Position numbers and translations under genes: made by a program. Below the pieces are notes generated by a model, which ran no database searches, was not told the origin of the DNA, and saw only the letters and a list, made by a program, of their open reading frames with translations. From Pelagomonas calceolata (taxonomy: Eukaryota), in contig CAKKNE010000004.1 of assembly GCA_918797485.1 (NCBI GenBank), positions 2,728,001 to 2,792,000 of the forward strand: a stretch of 64,000 bases of DNA, written 5' to 3'. Shown in pieces: positions 41,866 through 53,011 of the stretch. Position 1 is the stretch's first letter; each line of letters begins with the position of its first letter.

Positions 41866-43923
41866 TTAACTATTGGACACGAGCGTCACGAGCCCGAACG
41901 CCTCCCAGTCCGCGACGACCTGGCCCTCGACTCCGTCCAAACTTCCGAACACCACGACCTCCCGACAATCGCGCCGCGCCTCGACGACGGCGAGGATGTC
42001 GGGCGGGCACTCGAGGCGGTTGACGCGGCGCTGCATCATCTGCTCGCAGTCGCGGGCTTGGGGCCGCGGCACGAAGTGCCACCGGCGGTGCTTCCCGACG
42101 GCCTCCTGCCGGCTGATGCAGGCGTCGGTCCAGAGCGGGATCGTCGAGAGTGCCTCGACGTCCGCGGGCGCCGCCGCGGCGAAGCGGCGCGCGGGGCAAT
42201 CCACCCCCTTGAACGCGACGGCTGCGTGCGTCCACTTGCCGTTTCCAGAATAAGTAGGCTCGCGGTAGACGCGATCATAAGTATTGATTCGTTGTATACG
42301 TGTAATGGGGTCATTGCCGACGACGACGGCGCAGGTCGGCTGCTGTCTCGGGATCGCGGGCGCCGGCGCCGGCGCATCATCTAAACCGGCCGTGAACTCG
42401 TGGAGCCAGTACGGCACATATAATTTCGACATCGAGACGCCGCCCTGCGCGACCGCATCAAAGACGCGGGTCCGCACGGCATCCAAGTAGGCCGGCGTGA
42501 CCTTCTTCCAGTCACGCACGCGGACGACGGGCAATCCACTATAAAGTTCGGCCATCGCTGATGAAGCATCGTAGTCGACGAGCGGGATCGCGCCCGCGGC
42601 TAAAGCCTCCCACTCGCGATAGTTCGTCCGGCCCTTGCCCTGGGGGCTTACCACAAAATCGCTCCCAAAATACAACTCCCGCAACTCGTCGCCGCTCCGG
42701 GCCGTTCGATCACTGCAGTCGAAACCTTTCTTCGACAGCTCGTCGAGGACCGCGAAGCGCCGCACGCGCGACATGGTCTCGCCCAGGCCCCTCCTATTAG
42801 GGCCGTAGCGCCAGCGCATGGCCTCCTCGCTCAAGACGCGGTCATGATCAAAAATGCGTTTCGCGCGGTCGCGGACCCTTTGTTGTGGCGAGGTGTACTC
42901 GCGCGGCGCCGCATACTCCGAAGCCTTCTGGGGCGTCGCGAGCATGCTCATGCAGCAACAGACCAACGGTCCCGTGCGCTCTGTTGATGCCTCGCGGCCG
43001 TCCAAGGCGTCGACCCATTGGGCCGGGTCGCGGACGCCCGTCGCGTAGGCCTTCATTTTCGGGTGGGGCCGCGCTATTTCACCAGCGCTATCGATGAGCC
43101 CGTCGCTCGGGTTGTTCGCGTACCAGGCCTTGAGGTTCACCGTGTCCAGTAAATCGCCCATGTCGAGGAAGGGCGACGCCTTGCCCGGTCGCAGGGGCAC
43201 GTTGCAATCGGAGGAAGTGACCAAGGTCAAAGACCGGTTCCCGACGACCTCCGGGAGGAAGTATCGTAGAAGTGAGGCGAGTGACAACCCCATATAAGTA
43301 CCGAAGGCGTTACCTCTATAAAAGTCGCCGCAGTTGTCCCCGAAGTGCAGCTCGAGCCAGGCGTCCGTCGGCGACCACCTTCCAATACCGGCGTGGCCGT
43401 TCGCCGACACCGTACGCTTGCGGTCCCACAGGAATTCATCTGTAGCACTCCGGTCGCGGTCGGTCACCGCCACCGGCGTTCGACTCCGACCGGGAGCTAA
43501 AGCAGCCTCGACGGCGCGCTCCTCCGCCGTCCACCGTTCCAAGACCCAGGGCATCTTGTCCCGCGACACGCGCCGCGACGCGAAGGGCAGCGTCCCGCTC
43601 GGGCCGTGCCGCAGCGTGCCCCCCAGCAACATGTCGTCGATGCGCCCGGCGCCGCCCTGTTCCGCGCGGAAGGCGGCCCACCTCCTATCTAAACCGTATT
43701 CCTTCAGCCAGTACTTGAGGCAGCACCGTAAACAACACTTGACGCGACTGTAGGGCGTCCGGAACGGTACTGTACTAACCAGGCAGGCGCGGCTGTAGAC
43801 CCGGCGCGGCGGGCACTCCTCCGTGCATTCGAGGTCTTGGTTGTCGAGGCATTTCTGCGTCGCGACGTCGGCGTCATTGGCTGCGACCGCATGCACCAGC
43901 AGTGCGAGGCAGCTGAGGCGCAT
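41866..43923 (-). CDS. Exostosin (GT47)-like glycosyltransferase with a possible GT29-like C-terminal remnant
   Basis: Signal peptide; FVVSPQGKGRTNYREWEALAAGAIP; TCAVVVGN...RINTYDRVYR. Confidence 0.72.
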   Translation of the reverse strand: MRLSCLALLVHAVAANDADVATQKCLDNQDLECTEECPPRRVYSRACLVSTVPFRTPYSRVKCCLRCCLKYWLKEYGLDRRWAAFRAEQGGAGRIDDMLLGGTLRHGPSGTLPFASRRVSRDKMPWVLERWTAEERAVEAALAPGRSRTPVAVTDRDRSATDEFLWDRKRTVSANGHAGIGRWSPTDAWLELHFGDNCGDFYRGNAFGTYMGLSLASLLRYFLPEVVGNRSLTLVTSSDCNVPLRPGKASPFLDMGDLLDTVNLKAWYANNPSDGLIDSAGEIARPHPKMKAYATGVRDPAQWVDALDGREASTERTGPLVCCCMSMLATPQKASEYAAPREYTSPQQRVRDRAKRIFDHDRVLSEEAMRWRYGPNRRGLGETMSRVRRFAVLDELSKKGFDCSDRTARSGDELRELYFGSDFVVSPQGKGRTNYREWEALAAGAIPLVDYDASSAMAELYSGLPVVRVRDWKKVTPAYLDAVRTRVFDAVAQGGVSMSKLYVPYWLHEFTAGLDDAPAPAPAIPRQQPTCAVVVGNDPITRIQRINTYDRVYREPTYSGNGKWTHAAVAFKGVDCPARRFAAAAPADVEALSTIPLWTDACISRQEAVGKHRRWHFVPRPQARDCEQMMQRRVNRLECPPDILAVVEARRDCREVVVFGSLDGVEGQVVADWEAFGLVTLVSNS

Positions 43924-44397
43924 GCCACCGGTGCCGCCGGTGCGGCTGGCTGAGGGCAGCCTTTTCGGTTGCTACAGCATATATGTGCTCGTCAGGCAGC
44001 CGGAAAGCGAGTTGGCCCTTGCTCTGCATGCAAAAATTATGCGAAAATTAAAACCTGTAAATTGATTTTGCCCAGGGACCAATCGCAAGCGGTGCTGGGC
44101 ATCGCTCCACAGCTTTGCGGGGTGGGTGATGAATTACAACTAGCGGCCAAAGGCACTAGCAATTTGATCGAGCTCGCACCCGCCGCCGCCAGGCGACGTC
44201 CGTGCCCTCCAAGGAGCACAGTTCTCGACGCTCGAAGCTCGCCGTAGTCCGCTTACGGCAGTGCTCGACGCGCGAACCTCGCCGTAGTCCGCTTACGGCC
44301 GCGCCGACCTCCGCGAGGCAGCCCCAAACCCAGGCTGCCCGTAGAGGCAGCCCTCAGGCTGGCGCACACGGCCGACGGCCACTCGGCCATCCTGCCC

Positions 44398-44979
44398 ATG
44401 GCCGAGGAGAAGGGCCCCACCGCGCCGCCCGGGCTCAAGATCGTGGTGGTGGGCCCGACGCAGGGCGGCAAGACCACGGTCTCCAACTACATCGCGTCGG
44501 ACGAGGCCGTCGACTTCGAGTACCCTTTTGAATATAACGCCACCGTCGGCGTGCGCATCTTGGAGTGCGAGCGGAATCTAGGGGGACCGGCGACGCCGGT
44601 CGAGGTCTGGGACGTGGGAGGCTCGACGGACTACGAGGGCTGCTGGCCGGCCATCATGCACGACGCGCACGGCGTCGTCCTCGTCTACAACCCCGAGCAG
44701 GAGGGCCAGGTGAGCGAGTCGGGCGCCTGGTACGAGTACTTCGTCCAGAACAACGACCTGCCCGACGAGGCGTGCGTCGTCTTCGCCTTCGCGCCGAACG
44801 CGCAGCGCGGCACGCGCCAGCGCGTCTCGCCCAAGATCGAGCACCTCAACGTCGTCAACATCTCGCTCGACGACGGCTCCCTCGTGAAGACGCAGTTCGA
44901 GCGCTTCCTCAAGGCGGCCAAGGCCCGCAAGGACTCGGGCGGCGGCGGCGGCGAGGCCAAGGGGGCGGAGTACAAGTGA
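44398..44979 (+). CDS. IFT22: Intraflagellar transport protein 22 (RABL5)
   Basis: KIVVVGPTQGGKT, YNATVGVRILE, EVWDVGG...CWPAI...GVVLVYNP; lacks the NKxD motif. Confidence 0.9.
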   Translation: MAEEKGPTAPPGLKIVVVGPTQGGKTTVSNYIASDEAVDFEYPFEYNATVGVRILECERNLGGPATPVEVWDVGGSTDYEGCWPAIMHDAHGVVLVYNPEQEGQVSESGAWYEYFVQNNDLPDEACVVFAFAPNAQRGTRQRVSPKIEHLNVVNISLDDGSLVKTQFERFLKAAKARKDSGGGGGEAKGAEYK

Positions 44980-45192
44980 GTATCTACTACTAGTAAGCAA
45001 AGCAAACTTGCTGAAACTGAAATATATAGTATTGATGATAGATTCATGCGGTAAATTAGTATGATTCTCAAACAGCGTCAGGTCGTAGGGCGAGTCAAGA
45101 GCTGGAGGGGAAACGACGTCCCAGGGGTGGCGTGGGGGCTTGTGATGAGTGAGCTGGAGGTGCAATTGAGCCGCGAATTGTGAGGCGCGGGT

Positions 45193-45963
45193 CTAGACCT
45201 TGGTCATCTCCGTAATCTCCTTAAGCGGCGGCGGACCGTCATCTTGTGGAAGGGGCTTCTTTTTCATGATGAAGATGGCCACGCCTACAATACAGAAGAA
45301 CGCGATGATGCCGCACACGAGACCGGCTATTTTCCCGGCATCTGGCTCGCAGCAGTCCTCCTTGTCCGAGGCGCAGCAAGTGTCTTTGTGGCAGACACCA
45401 GACAACCCGGGGTACGCGTACCACTTGCCAAATTTGTTAGACTCTTTTGAGAATGCTCCGCATTTGACGTCCCACATGTCATCAGCATCGCACGACTTAC
45501 AATCCCAACCGCAACTCAAGGCGCAGTCTTGGTCGCTGCGGGTCTTGACCTCGTTTTGGTACACGCACACGACGTACGCCTCGTACGACACCTGGCACAC
45601 GCTGGAGCCCTTTCCGCACTGCCCAGTCACGACCCTCTGCGCGTCCTCGCAGGTCTCCACCGGGTCGTCCTCGTCCAGGGTGACGCCGTTTACGAAGAAG
45701 TCGTCGTCGCCCGTGGCGGATCCTGCGTCCGACGCCGCGAAGACACAGTCGCTGAAGGCCGTCAGCTGGCTTCCGCATACACCTTGCAGGTCGGCAGGGG
45801 TGGCAAACGCCGGAGGCAGCGTGAGATCGCCGGAGCGAAACGCCGGGGGAAATGTCGCAGTATTGATGGCAGGGGGCAGCGTGGCAGCGAAGGGAACCGG
45901 GGGCAGCGTCAGCTGCCCCTGGGCCATCGCCACCGCAAGCGCGAACCAGCAAGTGAGCGCCAT
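45193..45963 (-). CDS. Cys-rich type I membrane protein
   Basis: Signal peptide MALTCWFALAVAMAQG; DDDFF..TCED module; CHKDTCC..CCE module; C-terminal TM. Confidence 0.8.
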   Translation of the reverse strand: MALTCWFALAVAMAQGQLTLPPVPFAATLPPAINTATFPPAFRSGDLTLPPAFATPADLQGVCGSQLTAFSDCVFAASDAGSATGDDDFFVNGVTLDEDDPVETCEDAQRVVTGQCGKGSSVCQVSYEAYVVCVYQNEVKTRSDQDCALSCGWDCKSCDADDMWDVKCGAFSKESNKFGKWYAYPGLSGVCHKDTCCASDKEDCCEPDAGKIAGLVCGIIAFFCIVGVAIFIMKKKPLPQDDGPPPLKEITEMTKV

Positions 45964-46231
45964 CCTGGAGTTGTTGCAGGTTTTGCGAGAGCCAGCGCCT
46001 TGATTGCGAGTCGGGGACGGTCGTTGTATAACCCGCACGTGACGGAAGCCACAAGTCGAGATAGGCCTCGGAAAGGTCCTGCTTGCGCGCCTTAGTACCG
46101 ACGATCGCAGCTGTATCAACTTCTAGTAAGATCTAGTACAGCCTGCAGGCAGTGCCATGCAGCCGCTATTGCCCAGCCGCAATCGAGAGCAGCGACGAGG
46201 CGCTACGTCGAGGCGCTGAGGTCTAGTTCAG

Positions 46232-47509
46232 ATGGGGCGCCAGCTGAAAGTACTGCTGCTGGTTGGCGGCCTGGTGCCTACAGCATCTACATGTCAAGGT
46301 CTCTTCGGTGATGATTTAGATGACGATGATGGGTGCACCGGCCAGCAGGCGTGGAAGCTCAAGCTCTACGAGAAAGGCTCGGGCTGCGCGGGAGAGGCGT
46401 ACCTTGGCAAAGTCATTGGGGGCCAGGTTGATTATGATGATTGGGATTCGGGCTGCGAGGACGTGCCGCTGGCCGACGAGCGCGCGGTTCACTTTACTGA
46501 ATGCACCCTTGAGCATGCGACGCTCTCCGTGTACTCGACCACTGGATGCCCGACCGACGCTGCCCTGGAGGAGCGGACCGTGCCGATCTCAAATTACGAC
46601 GAGGGGAGCGAGTGCGTCGAGGGCCTGTTCGACGACCTCGACGCGATCATCATGTGCCCGAGTGCGTACTACGGCGTCATGTGCAATGCCAGTGCAGGTG
46701 TCTCCTACGTGCCCATAGACGAATCAGACTGCAACGACGCTTACCTGGAAGGGATAGTCACCAATGCCATCAAAGGTGAACAGACCGTTGATCTTGACGG
46801 TTGTGGGAGAGAGGATAGGGAATTTGAGTTATTTGTCCATGACAAGATAGCAGCCTGCGGCGAAATCTGCGAAGCGACGGGCGAATGCGGCATAGCGAAC
46901 ATCGGCAACTGCGAGATCGACGGGCGGCCCAGGCACATCTACCGAAAGGTGTGCGACCCCAACGCCACGGTGCCCACCCTCGACGAAATCATCGCTGGCA
47001 TCTCTCCGAATGACGACGCAACTATCCCTCCGACCTTCGAGGGAGTTACATTGCCTCCCGCATTTGAGCCTAGTATTAGAGGTGTTTTTGATGCCGTATT
47101 GAAAAATGTTTGCGCCGACAAAAATACTGCCGTTGGCGTCTGTCACATCGCGGAGGGCCTTTGCAACCATATTAATCTTGACATGGGCACGTGGCAATGC
47201 GACGACGTCTTCGAGACCGGGCTTTCGTCACAGTTTCCTGAAGCTGATGCTACAGAAACATGCGAAGACCTGCAGGAGGCTATGTATGATTGCGGACTGG
47301 AGCCTTATCCTTGCCAAACGGAACATCGAGCGCTCGCCAAGTGCTCATTCGAATTGGGGGCCCGGATCTACTACGGCCACGAGTGCGAGTTTTCCTGCCC
47401 GGACACCGCTGAGACTCCGGAGACTGCCGGTGAGCTCGGCAGCGCGGCAGACGGCGCTCGCAAGACCACGGCCGTAGGCGCTCTCCTCGGGACCGCCCTT
47501 CTCTTGTGA
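46232..47509 (+). CDS. Secreted Cys-rich surface protein with a possible GPI-anchor signal
   Basis: Signal peptide; Cys-rich body with a TCED module; hydrophobic end SAADGA...VGALLGTALLL. Confidence 0.75.
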   Translation: MGRQLKVLLLVGGLVPTASTCQGLFGDDLDDDDGCTGQQAWKLKLYEKGSGCAGEAYLGKVIGGQVDYDDWDSGCEDVPLADERAVHFTECTLEHATLSVYSTTGCPTDAALEERTVPISNYDEGSECVEGLFDDLDAIIMCPSAYYGVMCNASAGVSYVPIDESDCNDAYLEGIVTNAIKGEQTVDLDGCGREDREFELFVHDKIAACGEICEATGECGIANIGNCEIDGRPRHIYRKVCDPNATVPTLDEIIAGISPNDDATIPPTFEGVTLPPAFEPSIRGVFDAVLKNVCADKNTAVGVCHIAEGLCNHINLDMGTWQCDDVFETGLSSQFPEADATETCEDLQEAMYDCGLEPYPCQTEHRALAKCSFELGARIYYGHECEFSCPDTAETPETAGELGSAADGARKTTAVGALLGTALLL

Positions 47510-47896
47510 GCAAAGAATTTGAAGCACCATTTCGAAGACTCCAAAATTTTACCCCTTCCCCTCCCATTCGCCTCCCGGACGAGTATACTAATTTGCTACT
47601 TCTAGTATATTCGCGAGCTACGGGTGAGAAACATACCTCGCAGCGAATGCAGGTCAAGGTAGTGGACGCCAGATGTCCTGAGTTGCTCGTTTATCTCGGC
47701 TCTCGCGCCCGGGCCGCACCCGAGTTGCTACGCTAGTGTTTTTACTCGATCGGCGGGCGGCAATCAATCATGAACAACCGAACTCTGCCGTAAGAACCCG
47801 CACAAAAACTCCGCGGGAAGCTAGCGGCCTGTAAGGTACTAGGGATGCCTAGAGCAAGCCTGAGCAGGCGCAGGAGGGCAGCCCGGAGGTGCAATA

Positions 47897-50800
47897 ATGC
47901 GCGATAACCGCGCGACGCGAGAGCTCTGCTCCCTAGACCCGTGCCGGAGCCTCGTGCCGAGCAACTGCGGGCCACCGCGATGGTGCCCCAGGATCAGATG
48001 TGGCTGCTCCCTGGGCGTCGCGGTGGCGCTTGCCTTCGCGGCCGGCATCGGCACGCTTTGGTCGCTCCGCGACTCGTACTACGAGCTCCGGCGCGACCCT
48101 TACCACGTGCTCCAAACGGTCAAGCTCAAGGCGCTCAAAGTCGACTGCGCCGAGCTCGAGCTCGGCGCGGACGCGGACGCCGAGCTCGGCGACGATCCCC
48201 TAAAGCGGAGAACGATCGACTGGCGCCCTTACCTCGCCGACCCCGGTCGGGCTTCGAATGTGACGCTGTCGCTGCTGCTCGACACGTTCGGGCCGGGCAA
48301 GCTAACGGCGCAGGAGTTCTGGGACAACCACTGCCCGGAGTCCCTGCTGCGGAAGTTCTTCGTCGAGAAGAAGCCCGAAAACCTGCGGAGCGACCGCTGC
48401 GCCTTTGGCGGCGACGCCGCGCTCGCGACCGATCCACTCGCGTGCGCGGGCGGCTTTTACGAAAAGCGGGAGCGGCGCAACGTCACGTGGAACGAGTCAA
48501 CGGGCGCGTCGGCACTGGCGGATACCGCGACGGAGTTCGGCCTCGTGCGCAAGCTCTTGCCCGAGGCGCTCCAAAACCTCTCGCTCCCTGGGAACGCCTC
48601 AGCAGACGTCCACAACGTGTCGGCGTGGGCAGTATCGACCGCGGCGGCGCCACCGGGCTACTTCGCCCCCGAGTTCCAAACCTGTTTGATCCGCTGCGCC
48701 CGCGGCGGCTTCTGCCCGAGTTCGTCAACTTCCGTCGATTACGGTCAACTTCCGTCCTGGGCTAGCGGACTCTGTCTCTTCCCCTGGGGCCTCGGCGGAA
48801 GCTGGCCGATGTCTGCGCCGCCGTCGCGCGGACTTTGCCCCGGCTCGTCGTCGCTCCACCTCTGCCCCGCGAAGTTTTACTGTCCCCAGCCAACCGTCAT
48901 GCACGAATGCCCCGCCGGACACGTCTGCCCGCGAGGGTCGACGCACGCGCAGCGGTGCGCCTGGGGCGCGGTGTGCGCCGCGGCCTCGGACTGGCCGGAC
49001 TACTCCCGGGCCTGCTGGGTGTTCTTCGCCTGCGTCGCCGGCCTCGCGCTGTTCGTCCGCGGCGTCCTCTCCGTCAACCTGCTCGACCGCTTCCCGCGGA
49101 CGGCGCGCGCGTTGGGCCGCCCGCGCGCGCTGGACCGGCGCATCGTGAATGCCGCGCGCGCGCGCTTTGGCCTCGCCGCCGACGCCGGTAGCGACGTGCC
49201 GCCGTGGGGCGGAGGGGACTTCGCCGTACACCTGAGGATCGCGGCGCTCGCGGGGCCGGTGGCCTGGGCACTCGCCGTCGCGTCGCTTTTTGACAACGGC
49301 GCGGTCCTCGCATTCCTCTGCGTCTTCGGCGTCGTTTTGTACGGCGGCTGCGGCCTCTGTCACTTCGACGTTGCCGGCGCGGCTGCACGGGACGACTACC
49401 CCGTACTCGTCGTCTGCGGGGTGCCGCGGCGGTCGCACGTCGTGGTCGCGGCCACGGCCGGACCGCTCCTTCTCGTCGCGGTCGTCGCTGTGCTTGTCAG
49501 GGAGGGCGACGCGACGTGGACGCTCGTCGTCCTCGCGGCCGCGGCCGCCGCTACTACCGTTTCTTGCGGCGCCGCCGGCCTCCTCACGTTCTACCGATCG
49601 AGCGCCCGGGGGCCGCACGACGACAACGGCGGCAAGCACACGTGCGACTCCGCGTCTGCGAAGGCGCCTTCATTCCCGCGTCGACGCCATCGACGCGACG
49701 ATTCGACACGTAGGTGCGCCAAGCCCGGGTGCAAGAAGGCGGCCAAGCACACCTGCTCGGTCTGCGAATCCGTCTACTATTGTAGCCCGCAGCACCAACT
49801 GGACCACTGGCCCGCGCACAAGCAGGAGTGCAGCGCGGCTACCAGGGCCGCCCCCAACCCGCCTCCGCACGACGACGACTTGGGTGACGACGACTCGGCG
49901 TCGAATGCGGACGTGGACGAATCGGCATCGCCTTCGGCACTAAACCGGTGCCTCAGCATTCCCTTCGACGACGTATCGGTGTCTCCTAGTGAGGTCGCCA
50001 TCGACGCCGGCGACGTAGAGATCCGCATCGACCTTGCCTTCCAGGACCTAGGCCTCCGGCTCCGGTCCGACGGACGAACCGTGCTCTCGAATGCCACCGG
50101 CGCCATCGACTCGGGCTGCGTGACGGCGATCATGGGCCCCAGCGGCGCGGGCAAGACGACGCTCATGAACGTGCTCGCCGGGCGGGCGGGCGGGTACGGC
50201 GTCGTCGAGGGCACCATGTCCGTGCTCGTGAACGGCGAGCATCGGAGCTCGAGCCTGGACCGGTGGTCGACGCTGAGCGCTTTCGTGCCCCAAGATGACG
50301 TCATGTTGCCCGAGCTGACGGTCCGGCAGACCATCGCATTCTATGCCTCGATCCGCGCCCCGAGGGCCGTGTCGAAGGCGCAGCTCGACAACAAGGTCTG
50401 CGCCGCGCTGCGAACGGTGCGGCTCCGGCCGACGGTCTGGGACTCCACGATCGGCGACGCCGAGATGAGAGGCATCTCCGGGGGTCAGAAGAAGAGAGTG
50501 AATGTGGCGATGGAAATCGTGAGCGACCCCTCGCTGTTGTTCCTTGACGAGCCGACTAGTGGGCTGGACTCGACGACGTCGAGGCACATCGTCGAGGCGC
50601 TCAACGCCCAGGCGAGGCGCGGCGTCAACGTCGTCGTCGTGCTGCACCAGCCGAGCTTCCCGATCTTCCGCAGTTTCACGCACGTGTTACTGCTGGGCGT
50701 CGGCGGCCGGGTGGTCTACCACGGCGGGCCCGAGGCCGCCGAGGCGTACTTCTGCGGCGACCTGGGTTACGAGCTCCCGCCGTACGCGAATCCCGCGGAC

Positions 50801-52152
50801 TTCTACCTGGAACTCATTTCGGGGGGCGCCGCGGTTGTCGTCCCAGATCGCCGCCGCGCGGCGGCACCCTCCAGCGAGGCCCCGGCGGCAAGCGGGCGGG
50901 CGCCGGCGGCCAGCGTGCCCGGCGTCACGCCCCGCGCGGCCGCGTCGCAGCACCTCGCGGGCGAGTGGGGCCAGCGGCGGGGCGTGAGCCACCCGCCGAT
51001 CCTGCGAAGCAAGAGCGTCGACGATGGCCCGGTGGCCCCCGCGGCCCGGGGCTGGCTAGCCATGGTCGCGCTCTTCGCGCACCGGGCGCTGCTGCAGGAG
51101 GCGGCGAAGCCGGGCACGCTCGCATTCGACGTGTCCTTGATGGCGGCGGCCGGCTTTGTCTTTGGGGCCCAATCGGAGAAGGTCGAGCCGCACTCGCTCT
51201 CGATGATGGTGCTCTGGTTGGGCATCGGGCTGCAACTGGTCGTCGCCGTGTCATCGTTGAGGGTGTTCTCGCCCGAACGGGTCGTCTTCTGGCGCGAGTG
51301 CGCGCGTGGGTCGGGTATGGCTTTGTCTCCGTCGGCCTACTTCCTGGGGAAGGACCTCGTGCAACTGCCGCGGCTCGCGCTGATGGTACTGGCCTTCGGG
51401 GTGCCGTTCTACGCGCAGGCCAGGCCGACGCCGTCGCTCTCGTACTACTTTCTGGTGTTTTACCTGCTCGCCTACGCCGTAAGCGGCTACGCCTACGTGG
51501 CGTCCATGCTGTGCTCGCTCAAGGACGCCCAATTGCTCATCGTCGTCACCGTGCTCGTACTGACGATGCTCGCCCCGCCCGCCGAGACGCTCTACGCGGC
51601 GGACAAGAGCAGCGCCACCCGAGTCCTGGCCTGGCTCGCGCCCGTGCGCTGGGCCGGCGAGGCCCTCTTCACCGCGCAGACGCGGCGGCTGTCGCACGCG
51701 TGGAAGATGCCGCCGCTGTTCTACGCAAAACCATGGAAACACTCCGCGCTCTACATCCTCTACCGATTCCCGTTTCACGAGGGCTGGCTCCGGGACGTGG
51801 TCCCGCGCAGTGCGCAAATCAAATTTCACGTCGTGACGTCGACTCGACGGCGTGGCGTACGCAGGTTTCGCGGGAGAAGGACGGCGGCGTCTGCGTCATC
51901 AACGGTCGGTGGCTCTCGAGCGACGCGCTCAATCTGCCGATCCTGCTGAGTCTGGGGATGCTCGGCCGGGTCGTCGCGCTCGCACTGCTCACATTCTCGA
52001 ATCGCGGCGCGCGCGGCGAGGCGCCCCTCTGGGTACACGCGGCCGACGCGTGCGAGAAGCGGTGGCCGCGAAGCCGCGCTGCGACTAAAACGGCGCGGTG
52101 GGTCCAGCGGGCTCCCTCGCTAAATGTAGTCGCGGAGGAGGTGGCAGCTTGA
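47897..52152 (+). CDS. ABCG/White-type half transporter with Cys-rich N-terminal ectodomain and an inserted MYND finger; introns 49642..49713 and 51800..51864
   Basis: GPSGAGKTT, ISGGQKKRV, LFLDEPTSGLD, LHQP, NPADF. The last TM (LPILLSLGMLGRVVALALL) is recovered by splicing into ORF 50965..52152. Confidence 0.88.
49642..49713 (+). other. 72-nt in-frame GT-AG intron with the introner core motif
   Basis: GTGCGA...CACGTAG; absent from the paralogous MYND sequence ending near 53477. Confidence 0.8.
49714..49863 (+). repeat. MYND-coding segment, inverted near-identical copy of 53319..53468
   Basis: 148/150 nt identical by manual alignment. Confidence 0.92.
51808..51864. mobile_element. Decayed, deleted introner remnant within intron 51800..51864
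   Basis: CAGTGCGCAAATCAAATTT is a degenerate TIR end; CTCGACGGCGTGGCG is shared with the 2326 element; degenerate TSD GTCCCGCG / GTTTCGCG. Confidence 0.7.
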
Positions 52153-52312
52153 TCACGTCCGTTCTTTTTCACATGGACGCTTCTATGCGTCTCCGAGTCC
52201 TCTAGATAACTCGTTAAATTTCCTGGTCCGACTGTGACCGACTCTGTTCCCGCAACCCACTCCCTCGCGACGGCGTGCAGGGGCCACGAAATCAGATACA
52301 ACCCTTACCCAC

Positions 52313-52432
52313 ACGTCGGCCACGACCTCCGTCTGGAGCCCCTTCACCGACGCGACCTCGACGTGCTGCACGAGCGTGTAGAGCTTCTCCGACGCCTCCT
52401 CGTCCTCGTTGCGCTTCCGGCTCGGCCGCACG
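52313..52432 (-). pseudogene. RPL31: Fragment of 60S ribosomal protein eL31 (C-terminal ~40 aa)
   Basis: VRPSRKRNEDEEASEKLYTLVQHVEVASVKGLQTEVV; no N-terminal part in the window. Confidence 0.75.
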
Positions 52433-52825
52433 CAAGGTTTAGACCAGCGGCTCCCAATTCTCAATTCAATTCCCCTCAAGCTCATTCACAAGCCCCCCCT
52501 CAAGCTCTCGACGCGCTCTACGCGCCTACCGATCCGACGCTTCTTACAAACTCCCTCGAAGCGCGCGCTGCGCCCCCAATCATCTCTGAGTCGTGCCCTC
52601 CCAAGTCGGGGCCCGCTTTGTAAACACCATCCTTTTCGAACGCTGCAAAGTCTGCTGGGATTAACTAGTCCAGGGACGAGCGGCGGCTGGGGCGCGTAGA
52701 GTGGCGCGTAGGGGCCTCTTCCCCAGACTGCGCCAGGCAGGGCTTGATGCCAAGGGCGCAACAACAGCTTTCAGATTTCTAACTCGAAGTGTTATACTAT
52801 GACTAGTAGGAAAGGTTTCGGCGTG

Positions 52826-52918
52826 TCCGGTCGCATGGAGCACCGGGCAGGCGCGGCGGGGGGCATCGAGGAGGACGACTGCACCAGGCGGAACTTGAGG
52901 CCGGGGGCGTCCATCGTA
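52826..52918 (-). repeat. Conserved 3' non-coding element, copy A
   Basis: GGACGCCCCCGGCCTCAAGTTCCGCCTGGTGCAGTC...GGTGCTCCATGCGACCGGAC downstream of the 53012 gene. Confidence 0.8.
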
Positions 52919-53011
52919 TGGGGGGGGTCTGTGAATTCTTTTCGTGATTTTTTGGGGGGCGCTGCGCGAACGTCGACGCAAGGGGCTTCGTTCTCTGACT
53001 TTGCGCGCCGT

